Below, one piece after another: positions 1-6,130 of a stretch of DNA of 32,000 bases; position 1 is the first letter of the stretch; every line of letters begins with the position of its first letter. The DNA is taken from contig FMXS01000017.1 of assembly GCA_900104495.1 (NCBI GenBank), forward strand, positions 1 to 32,000. Direction: 5' to 3'. The notes under the pieces were generated by a model. That model was given only the letters and a program-made list of their open reading frames with translations, was not told the origin of the DNA and searched no databases. This DNA comes from Ruminococcaceae bacterium FB2012. GTDB lineage: Bacteria > Bacillota > Clostridia > Oscillospirales > Ruminococcaceae. Made by a program: the position numbers and the translations under genes.

Positions 1-171
1 TGTTGCTTCAAGTATTTCTACATTCTTTTGTTCACATAGCTTCCTCAATATCTGACCTATATCCGCTCTTAACTGACCATATATCACTTTCCTTCTGTAC
101 TTTGGTGCAAACACTATGTGATACTGACACCTATACGTTGAATGTGATAAATGCTTAATTTCATTCTTCAA
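1..171 (-). CDS. tnpA: IS200/IS605-family Y1 transposase TnpA, N-terminal 57 codons only (rest lies beyond the window start)
   Basis: Not in the ORF track because it runs off the edge. My minus-strand translation from TTG at 171 is (M)KNEIKHLSHSTYRCQYHIVFAPKYRRKVIYGQLRADIGQILRKLCEQKNVEILEAT, the canonical IS200 TnpA N-terminus (C-x-YHIVF-x-PKYRRK). AAGGAGG lies 7 nt upstream of the TTG. An in-frame ATG at 219 is an alternative start. Confidence 0.85.
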   Translation of the reverse strand, partial: MKNEIKHLSHSTYRCQYHIVFAPKYRRKVIYGQLRADIGQILRKLCEQKNVEILEAT

Positions 172-174
172 GCG

Positions 175-247
175 AATAACCTCCTTCTGTTTTTGATAGT
201 AATGCGGTTGCCAAACCATTACTATTTTATCACAGTTGGAGGTTATT
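175..247 (-). promoter_or_regulatory. Stem-loop sequestering the tnpA Shine-Dalgarno sequence
   Basis: AATAACCTCC (175-184, + strand) is perfectly complementary to GGAGGTTATT (238-247). In the minus-strand mRNA the 3' arm contains the GGAGG SD just upstream of the TTG start. SD occlusion by a stem-loop is the described translational control of IS200. Confidence 0.55.
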
Positions 248-320
248 TTAAAGCGCTCGCTGAAGCTTTTTTATGTCCCCCGGTAGAACCGGGGGTTTAG
301 TTACGCTAAAGCATCCAACC

Positions 321-350
321 AAAAAAAGCCGCCCGTGACGGGCGGCTTTT
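321..350 (-). terminator. Intrinsic terminator of rplL
   Basis: On the minus strand, AGCCGCCCG-TCA-CGGGCGGCT is followed by T7, starting 13 nt after the rplL stop. Confidence 0.85.
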
Positions 351-362
351 GCGAAACAATTA

Positions 363-734
363 TTACTTGAGCTCAACGGTAGCGCCGGCAGCCTCAAGCT
401 TAGCCTTGAGCTCCTCAGCCTCAGCCTTGGAAACGCCTTCCTTGATAGCCTTGGGAGCGCCCTCAACCAGCTCCTTGGACTCCTTGAGTCCGAGGCCGGT
501 GATCTCCTTAACGGCCTTGATAACGCCCATCTTAGCGTCGCCGAAGGAAGCGAGAACTACGTCGAACTCGGTCTTCTCCTCAGCAGCGGCAGCGCCTGCG
601 CCGGCAGCGGGAGCAGCAGCAACAGCAGCTGTTACGCCGAACTCCTCCTGGATAGCGTCTACGAGCTCAGCAAGCTCAAGAACGGAAAGGGTCTTGATAT
701 CTTCTACAAATTTCATGATTTTCTCGGAAGCCAT
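363..734 (-). CDS. rplL: 50S ribosomal protein L7/L12
   Basis: 123 aa: [34 protein letters not shown]...[26 protein letters not shown]. It has the typical L7/L12 sequence, including the Ala-rich hinge. Confidence 0.97.
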   Translation of the reverse strand: MASEKIMKFVEDIKTLSVLELAELVDAIQEEFGVTAAVAAAPAAGAGAAAAEEKTEFDVVLASFGDAKMGVIKAVKEITGLGLKESKELVEGAPKAIKEGVSKAEAEELKAKLEAAGATVELK

Positions 735-832
735 GATGATTTTCTCCTTTACAAATTAATTTTGATTTCCGGGACTGTGCCCGATCTTTCATGCCGCAGG
801 CGCTTCATCCGCGCTATGCGGCTTTCGGCGCA

Positions 833-1342
833 TCAAGCGGCGCCGTTCTCCTTGTCGACGATAGCCTGCAGAGTAGCAGCGAGCTTCTGCATGGGTCCCT
901 GAAGGGAGCCGACGAGCTGTGCGAGAAGGGTCTCTCTCGAAGGGATCTTGGACAGCGCCTTAACGCCTGCCTCATCGTAAACTTCGCCCTCGACGTAACC
1001 GGCCTTGAGCAGGAATTTTTCGCCCTTGCAGGCCTCGGCGAACTTACCGAGAATTCTTGCGGGAGCGGTCTGATCGTCGTTGGAAACAGCGATAGCGGTG
1101 GTACCCTCGAGGTAGTCTGTCATACCATCGAGACCGGCATTCTTCATAGCGAAGCGCAGCATTGTGTTCTTCTCTACGAAATACTGCACGCCTGCCTCTC
1201 TGAGCTCCTTACGCAGCTTGGTATCCTCCTCAACGGTGATGCCCTTGTAATCAACGAGCACGCCGGAAACGGAAGCCTTGAGCAGCTCGGTAAGAGCAGC
1301 GACCTTTTCCTGCTTAGCAAGCAGGACCTTTTCACTTGGCAT
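833..1342 (-). CDS. rplJ: 50S ribosomal protein L10
   Basis: MPSEKVLLAKQEKVAALTELLKASVSGVLVDYKGITVEEDTKLRKELREAGVQYFVEKNTMLRFA... is a typical L10 sequence. The track start at 1354 is a GTG inside the SD (GAGGTG). ATG at 1342 has that SD 9 nt upstream. Confidence 0.93.
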   Translation of the reverse strand: MPSEKVLLAKQEKVAALTELLKASVSGVLVDYKGITVEEDTKLRKELREAGVQYFVEKNTMLRFAMKNAGLDGMTDYLEGTTAIAVSNDDQTAPARILGKFAEACKGEKFLLKAGYVEGEVYDEAGVKALSKIPSRETLLAQLVGSLQGPMQKLAATLQAIVDKENGAA

Positions 1343-1354
1343 TGATTGATTCAC

Positions 1355-1505
1355 CTCTTTGCAAATTATTGCAGCGCATCAAAAAAGCCCTTTCGCCGCA
1401 AAGACAAAAGGACAGTAAAAAGCAAAATATAAAATCTTGCCATTCTTTCCTCGGCCGGACTTCCGCTGAAACCCCAGCTGCCGGCTGTCTTTAGATACGA
1501 ATGCA
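1355..1505 (-). promoter_or_regulatory. rplJ 5' leader (~150 nt), candidate L10-leader autoregulatory RNA with an attenuator-like hairpin and U6
   Basis: A long untranslated leader lies between a consensus promoter and rplJ. On the minus strand CCTTT-N13-AAAGG-GC-TTTTTT (plus coordinates about 1381-1411) lies just before the SD. L10 leaders upstream of rplJ are established in Firmicutes, but I did not verify the Rfam consensus. Confidence 0.5.
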
Positions 1506-1511
1506 AGAGAT

Positions 1512-1540
1512 ATTATAGCATATTCCCCGGTGCTTGTCAA
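1512..1540 (-). promoter_or_regulatory. Sigma-A promoter of rplJL
   Basis: The minus strand reads TTGACA-agcaccggggaatatgc(17)-TATAAT, a perfect consensus. Confidence 0.75.
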
Positions 1541-1584
1541 GCACATTTCGCCTCGAAATGTAAACTTTTCGTAAACAACAGTAA

Positions 1585-1606
1585 AGGGCGGGATAACTCC
1601 CGCCCT
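1585..1606 (-). terminator. Hairpin after the upstream hypothetical gene (weak T tract)
   Basis: AGGGCGGG-N6-CCCGCCCT lies immediately downstream of the stop at 1612. It is followed on the minus strand by TTTACTGTTGTTTAC. Confidence 0.5.
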
Positions 1607-1611
1607 TGGCA

Positions 1612-2337
1612 TCAGATCGAAAACGGATCTGCTTTTCTTTCTCTTCTGCGCTTTTTGCGGTCCTCGCGGATCTTTGCCACGGGGTCGCCGAACTTTTTCT
1701 TTGCTTCCTCGCGGTCGAGGGGCTTAGGCTCCTCTGCGGGAGCGGAGATAAGCGAAGTCATCTCCTGGAACAGCTGTTTCTGCTCGAAGACGGCAACAGC
1801 CTCTTCACAAGTCTCGGCCTCACCGTTCTGCATGATCTCCATCAGCTGGTCGATATTATCCATATAGTCCAGGGACATAAAATCAATGCGCTTTTCAAGG
1901 CCCCTGTAATAATCGTCACGCTGGCGGATAAGCTGCTTATCGCGCTGCTCAAGGATCTCTATCTGCTCCTTGATGCCGTTGTTTATATCTCTCTGGGTTT
2001 CGATAGCCTCATCGAGACGGTATTTCTGCACGAAAGAGCCGATAACGGCGCCGGAAACGGCCAGCACGGCGAGAGTTATCAGTGCGGCGATCCACGAGCC
2101 GGAAGCTGCCCATACGATAAGACCGATAACAACGCCCACGATCCCGCCGGTCAAAGCGGCCTTGGTGACCTTCTTTTTAAAATTGAATTCCTCTTCAACA
2201 GCGTACTGGTTCCGTATATACCCTTGCAGATACTCTTTATTCTGCTGGTTGACGGTAACGGCTTCTTCAAACTGGTAGTAACGCTGGATAAAATCGCTTG
2301 CCTGCCTGATACGCTCAAGCTCAGTCATTTCGGCCAT
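1612..2337 (-). CDS. Hypothetical membrane protein: two central TM helices, C-terminal coiled coil, basic tail
   Basis: 241 aa. The hydrophobic block is ALTGGIVGVVIGLIVWAASGSWIAALITLAVLAVSGAVIGSF. It is followed by a heptad-like charged region and KKRRRERK. It has its own consensus promoter and an SD (AAGGGG). I recognise no family. Confidence 0.75.
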   Translation of the reverse strand: MAEMTELERIRQASDFIQRYYQFEEAVTVNQQNKEYLQGYIRNQYAVEEEFNFKKKVTKAALTGGIVGVVIGLIVWAASGSWIAALITLAVLAVSGAVIGSFVQKYRLDEAIETQRDINNGIKEQIEILEQRDKQLIRQRDDYYRGLEKRIDFMSLDYMDNIDQLMEIMQNGEAETCEEAVAVFEQKQLFQEMTSLISAPAEEPKPLDREEAKKKFGDPVAKIREDRKKRRRERKADPFSI

Positions 2338-2411
2338 AATTCTCTACCCCTTGATCTATAAAACTTGATCTGAAAACTGAAATACTCCGAATTATCAAAC
2401 TATCATTTATC

Positions 2412-2440
2412 AGTATATCACACGGTACATATTTTGTCAA
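2412..2440 (-). promoter_or_regulatory. Sigma-A promoter of the 1612-2337 gene
   Basis: The minus strand reads TTGACA-aaatatgtaccgtgtga(17)-TATACT, with an extended -10 TG. Confidence 0.7.
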
Positions 2441-2585
2441 TCGTTTTTTCAACAATTATTTTATTAATTTAACCGAATGATTTTGCATATTGCCTACACT
2501 TTCCGGCCGCAGTTGTACGAAATGCGCCATACTCGCACAGGCACCGAAAGAAAACTGTCTAAAGCGCCAAAATTTGATTTTTCGC

Positions 2586-2614
2586 TTGCGAAACAGCGAT
2601 CACGGTATTATAAT
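2586..2614 (+). promoter_or_regulatory. Sigma-A promoter of the antiporter gene
   Basis: TTGCGA-aacagcgatcacggtat(17)-TATAAT. The predicted TSS is about 2621, which argues against the ORF-track ATG at 2620 unless the mRNA is leaderless. Confidence 0.6.
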
Positions 2615-2679
2615 AGTATATGCCGGCCTTCCGGAAAGCGGTGAGCCGGACATATTTCCCGGGAAAGAGGTCATTTTCA

Positions 2680-3897
2680 TTGGATAAGATAGGGTTTTTC
2701 AGAGACCTTGCCATAATATTCCTTTCAGCCAAGATATTCGGCCTGGCGGCGCAGAAGCTGAAGGCTCCGCAGGTGGTGGGCGAGATAGTCGCGGGACTGC
2801 TCATCGGTCCTTCGATCTTCGGATTCGTGGGACAGTCGGACTTTCTCTCGATGATGGCTGAGATCGGCGTTATCCTGCTGATGTTCAGCGCGGGCCTGGA
2901 AACTAATATGCGTGACCTGCTGAAAACCGGCCCAAAAGCTCTGCTGGTGGCCTGCATAGGCGTGCTTGTCCCTTTGGCGGGAGGCACTCTGCTCTACGGG
3001 GCCTTCTACGGTTTCGGCAACTTCGGAAGCGAGCAGTTCCTTTCGGCGGTATTCATCGGCACCATTATGACCGCCACTTCGGTAGGCATCACGGTGCAGG
3101 CTCTCAAAGAGCTGGGACGTCTTAAAGGGCACATCGGCACGCTGATAACCAGCGCCGCCATTATCGACGACGTTATCGGCATCATCGTGCTGACCTTCGT
3201 CATCGGCTTCAAGAACCCGGACTCCAATCCCCTTGACGTGGTGCTCCACACGGGGCTGTTCATAGTTTTCTCCGTGGCGGTGGGATTTGCCTGCTTCTAT
3301 ATTTTCAAGTTCATCGACAAGCGCTGGCCTCACCAGCGCCGCGTGCCTATCCTGGGACTGGCTTTGTGTATGTTCCTTGCCTACGCGGCAGAGGAATACT
3401 TCGGCATTGCCGACATCACGGGAGCATACGTTGCGGGACTTATCCTCTGCTCTCTCCACGATTCCAACTACATCGCGCGGAAGATCGACATCAACTCCTA
3501 CATGATGTTCGGGCCTGTATTTTTCGCCAGCATCGGCATCAAGACGCAGTTTGACGGTTTCACGCCGGAGCTTCTGCTCTTCTCGGTATGCTTCGTGCTC
3601 GTCGCGCTGCTGACGAAGGTCATCGGCTGCGGCCTTGCGGCCCGTATCTTGAGATACAGCACCCGTGACAGCCTGAAAGTCGGCGTCGGGATGATGACCC
3701 GGGGCGAAGTAGCGCTGATCGTTTCGCAGAAGGGTCTTTCCGTGGGGATGATGGACGCGAAGTATTTCACCTCGGTGATCCTGCTGATAATAGTATCCTC
3801 CATATCCACGCCGATAATACTGAAACTGCTCTACCGGGGCGAACCCGAAGAAGAAGAAAAAGCCCCCGAGCCCGCACCCGCGGCTCCCGCGGGATGA
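2680..3897 (+). CDS. Cation:proton antiporter (CPA2 / Na+/H+ exchanger family, KefB/NapA-like)
   Basis: Polytopic membrane protein with the typical N-terminus ...AIIFLSAKIFGLAAQKLKAPQVVGEIVAGLLIGPSIFG and many TM segments. The start is uncertain. TTG at 2680 has AAGAGG 9 nt upstream; the track start is ATG at 2620. Confidence 0.85.
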   Translation: MDKIGFFRDLAIIFLSAKIFGLAAQKLKAPQVVGEIVAGLLIGPSIFGFVGQSDFLSMMAEIGVILLMFSAGLETNMRDLLKTGPKALLVACIGVLVPLAGGTLLYGAFYGFGNFGSEQFLSAVFIGTIMTATSVGITVQALKELGRLKGHIGTLITSAAIIDDVIGIIVLTFVIGFKNPDSNPLDVVLHTGLFIVFSVAVGFACFYIFKFIDKRWPHQRRVPILGLALCMFLAYAAEEYFGIADITGAYVAGLILCSLHDSNYIARKIDINSYMMFGPVFFASIGIKTQFDGFTPELLLFSVCFVLVALLTKVIGCGLAARILRYSTRDSLKVGVGMMTRGEVALIVSQKGLSVGMMDAKYFTSVILLIIVSSISTPIILKLLYRGEPEEEEKAPEPAPAAPAG

Positions 3898-3940
3898 TAA
3901 GCTGACCCGCGTCCGGGCCTGCAAAACACGCAAAAGAAAA

Positions 3941-3985
3941 ACGGTATTTCTGCACGACGCACGAAATACCGTTAGTTTGTTTTCC
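3941..3985. terminator. Bidirectional intrinsic terminator between convergent genes
   Basis: ACGGTATTTC-N12-GAAATACCGT has an A-run upstream and TAGTTTGTTTT downstream. Confidence 0.75.
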
Positions 3986-4019
3986 GGGGACACCGAAGAA
4001 GGGGGCTTTCCTTCCTCTG

Positions 4020-4286
4020 TCAATTATATTTCATGAACTTGAACAGGTCGGCAAACATACCGATCAGCGAGTAGATCATCACGGGGATCGCAATTATCCA
4101 AAGGATAACGCCCAGCACCGTGATATGCGAGAACAGCACCAGCAGCAGGATAACAAAGATCATCGCGCCGAGATAGATGCCGACGTTCACCAGCAGGTTC
4201 TTTACCTCCGCGTCTTTCCTGTGAAGCGGAAAAATATCTTCAAACTCAAGATCTCTGATCTTATCAAGCAGGTCTCTGAAATTCAT
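4020..4286 (-). CDS. Small hypothetical membrane protein (88 aa, two TM helices)
   Basis: MNFRDLLDKIRDLEFEDIF...VGIYLGAMIFVILLLVLFSHITVLGVILWIIAIPVMIYSLIGMF. GGGGAGG lies 8 nt upstream of ATG 4286. An extended -10 (TGTATAAT, minus strand, about 4317-4324) overlaps the track start at 4325 and so excludes it. Confidence 0.7.
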   Translation of the reverse strand: MNFRDLLDKIRDLEFEDIFPLHRKDAEVKNLLVNVGIYLGAMIFVILLLVLFSHITVLGVILWIIAIPVMIYSLIGMFADLFKFMKYN

Positions 4287-4451
4287 AAAGCAGTCCTCCC
4301 CTAAGTTTATGTTTTGATTATACACCTGTTGATAATAAAAATAAATAGTTTAATCAAAAAATCATCACATTGCATAAATTCAAGGCTGCTCTATTGTCAG
4401 ATAGTCTAAAAAATCACGAAAACAGACCGCGGCCCCGCGGATTCATCCGAC

Positions 4452-4477
4452 AAAAAAACCGACGGACGAGCCGTCGG
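4452..4477 (-). terminator. Intrinsic terminator of rpsT
   Basis: The minus strand reads CCGACGG-N5-CCGTCGG followed by T7. A second hairpin (CCGCGG CC CCGCGG, about 4428-4441) with a T-rich tail lies just beyond it. Confidence 0.8.
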
Positions 4478-4490
4478 TCGGTCGCTTTTA

Positions 4491-4745
4491 TCAAGCATTA
4501 AGGGACTTAGCGAGCTGCGACTTCTTTCTTGCAGCCTTGTTCTTGTGGATGATACCCTTTGTGCAGGCCATATCAACCTTCTTGATAGCAGCCTTTACAG
4601 CCTCGGCCTTGTCCGCGTCTCCGTTGGCTACAGCAGCGTCAGCCTTCTTCAGAGCGGTCTTGAGATCGGACTTTATCATCTTGTTTCTGAGTGTCTTGGT
4701 CTGGATGACCTTAACTCTCTTCTTAGCGGATTTAATGTTCGGCAT
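4491..4745 (-). CDS. rpsT: 30S ribosomal protein S20
   Basis: [34 protein letters not shown]... is the classic S20 N-terminus. GGGAGGTG lies 6 nt upstream of ATG 4745, so the track start at 4781 is over-extended. Confidence 0.95.
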   Translation of the reverse strand: MPNIKSAKKRVKVIQTKTLRNKMIKSDLKTALKKADAAVANGDADKAEAVKAAIKKVDMACTKGIIHKNKAARKKSQLAKSLNA

Positions 4746-4850
4746 TACCGACACCTCCCTCAGTTTCTGAATAAAAATCACTTATTCGCATAAACTAACT
4801 GCACGACTGAGAGGAAATGCAATTAGCCATTTAAACAAGCCTCAATGGTT

Positions 4851-4879
4851 ATTATAACACAGCGCTCTTGATTTTTCAA
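4851..4879 (-). promoter_or_regulatory. Sigma-A promoter of rpsT
   Basis: The minus strand reads TTGAAA-aatcaagagcgctgtgt(17)-TATAAT with an extended TG. It gives a ~100-nt leader. Confidence 0.7.
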
Positions 4880-4963
4880 GAGGCTGCGGAAAAAAAATTG
4901 ATGATTTTTAAGCCGCGCTTTTGTGCAGAATGTCAGAACGACGCGGCTTCGGGAGGGATAAGT

Positions 4964-5830
4964 GTGGCTTACAGGACTGACCTGGCACTTGAATCGGAAC
5001 AGCGGGCAAACGTCTCCGGCGGGCTGGCGGGGATAAAAAAGCAGGAGCGGAACTATCCCCGGGCGGGACTTGAAGTCACGGAGATAGATGTCCTCACCCG
5101 GGAGGCTGCCGAAGCTCTGGGAAAGCCCGTCGGGCGGTATATCACCGTGAAATGCACGCGGGGACGGCTCTCCGACTGCGTCTGCGACACGGCGGAGCAG
5201 ACAGAATGCCTTGCCGCGGAGCTGTCAAGGCTGGTGAAGCTCCCCCGAAGGATACTGGCGGCGGGGCTCGGCAGCACAGCCATCACTCCCGACAGCCTCG
5301 GTCCGGCGGCGGCTTCGGGGATAATCGCCACCCGGCATCTCAAACGGCTGGCCAAAGACCTTGACACCTCGGAGCTTTCGGAGGTCTCGGTGATCTCGGC
5401 GGGAGTCATGGCACAGACGGGGATCGAATCGGCGGCGGTGGTAAAGGCCCTCTGTGACGAAGTCCGGCCGGAGCTGGTCATTGTCATTGACGCTCTGGCC
5501 TGCTCGGAGCTGGAACATCTGGGCAGCACGGTCCAGCTCTGCAACACGGGGATCTCTCCGGGCAGCGGTGTCGGCAACGCCCGGGCGGAGCTGTCGGAGG
5601 CCACCCTCGGAGTCCCCGTCTGTGCCGTGGGCATACCCACGGTGACGGACTGCTCGGTGATCGCCGAGGCCGCAGGCGGGAAAAGTCTGCCGGAGCATCT
5701 GGGGATGATAGTCACTCCGAAGGACATCGACCTGCTGATAAAACGCTCGGCTTCCCTGCTGTCGGCAGGCATAAACCGCGCCCTTCATCCGACGCTTTCG
5801 CCGGAGGAACTGGCGATCCTGTCAGAATAA
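4964..5830 (+). CDS. gpr: Germination protease GPR (spore endopeptidase)
   Basis: VAYRTDLALE...ITPDSLGP...IVIDALA...GISPGSGVGN...GVPVCAVGIPTV...IVTPKDID are GPR hallmarks. The divergent rpsT/gpr arrangement is conserved in spore-forming Firmicutes. GTG at 4964 has GGGAGGG 6 nt upstream. The track start at 4868 falls inside the rpsT promoter. Confidence 0.88.
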   Translation: MAYRTDLALESEQRANVSGGLAGIKKQERNYPRAGLEVTEIDVLTREAAEALGKPVGRYITVKCTRGRLSDCVCDTAEQTECLAAELSRLVKLPRRILAAGLGSTAITPDSLGPAAASGIIATRHLKRLAKDLDTSELSEVSVISAGVMAQTGIESAAVVKALCDEVRPELVIVIDALACSELEHLGSTVQLCNTGISPGSGVGNARAELSEATLGVPVCAVGIPTVTDCSVIAEAAGGKSLPEHLGMIVTPKDIDLLIKRSASLLSAGINRALHPTLSPEELAILSE

Positions 5831-6015
5831 GAAAAAGTGAAAAAATTTTAAACCGAAAAGTGATATTTTTCTTATCTGTATGGTATGTAAATTTTCTGAA
5901 AATAAGTTTCATGACCGAATCGAAATCGATTTCTGTAATCGTATTCACCCGTGAAATTGCGCGGTAGTAGGCAATATCACCAAATCGCAGACCGATTTAT
6001 ATTGCAAAATGCTGA

Positions 6016-6044
6016 TTGACTTGCAATTTGTTATTTGTTATTAT
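6016..6044 (+). promoter_or_regulatory. Sigma-A-like promoter of the solute-binding protein gene
   Basis: TTGACT-tgcaatttgttatttgt(17)-TATTAT. Confidence 0.55.
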
Positions 6045-6060
6045 TATCTTGTTAGTGATG

Positions 6061-6103
6061 AGCAGGGAAATTAAGTGAAATGACGTTATGACGTTTCCCT
6101 GCT
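6061..6103 (+). promoter_or_regulatory. 5'-UTR stem-loop (10-bp perfect stem) near the predicted 5' end of the SBP mRNA
   Basis: AGCAGGGAAA (6061-6070) pairs with TTTCCCTGCT (6094-6103). The loop carries a tandem ATGACGTT ATGACGTT. There is no U-tract, so it is more likely a stabiliser or binding site than a terminator. Confidence 0.5.
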
Positions 6104-6130
6104 GTCTGTGATTTAAGGAGGTATTTGTTA

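Larger units (their letters stand above)
1..300 (-). mobile_element. 5' (left-end) portion of an IS200-like insertion sequence; outer boundary approximate
   Basis: Contains the tnpA fragment. The segment is visibly AT-rich compared with the flanking ribosomal genes. A subterminal perfect hairpin CCCCCGG-N5-CCGGGGG sits at 277-295, upstream of tnpA, as expected for IS200/IS605 ends. Confidence 0.7.

Noticed and set aside
1379-1612. 77-aa minus-strand ORF between the hypothetical gene and rplJ
   Set aside because: It spans the rplJ promoter and leader (consensus -35/-10 at 1512-1540) and a terminator hairpin. It has no SD and implausible composition.
2725-4023. 432-aa ORF on the minus strand, antisense to the antiporter gene
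   Set aside because: Its composition is Arg/Gly/His/Asp-rich and low-complexity, and it has no SD or promoter. It is fully shadowed by a well-supported membrane-protein gene. Long antisense ORFs are expected in GC-rich coding DNA.
5712-5948. 78-aa minus-strand ORF starting in the AT-rich spacer and overlapping the 3' end of gpr
   Set aside because: It has no SD, overlaps gpr by ~120 nt in antisense, and is low-complexity in the overlapping part. A short peptide cannot be excluded, but nothing supports it.
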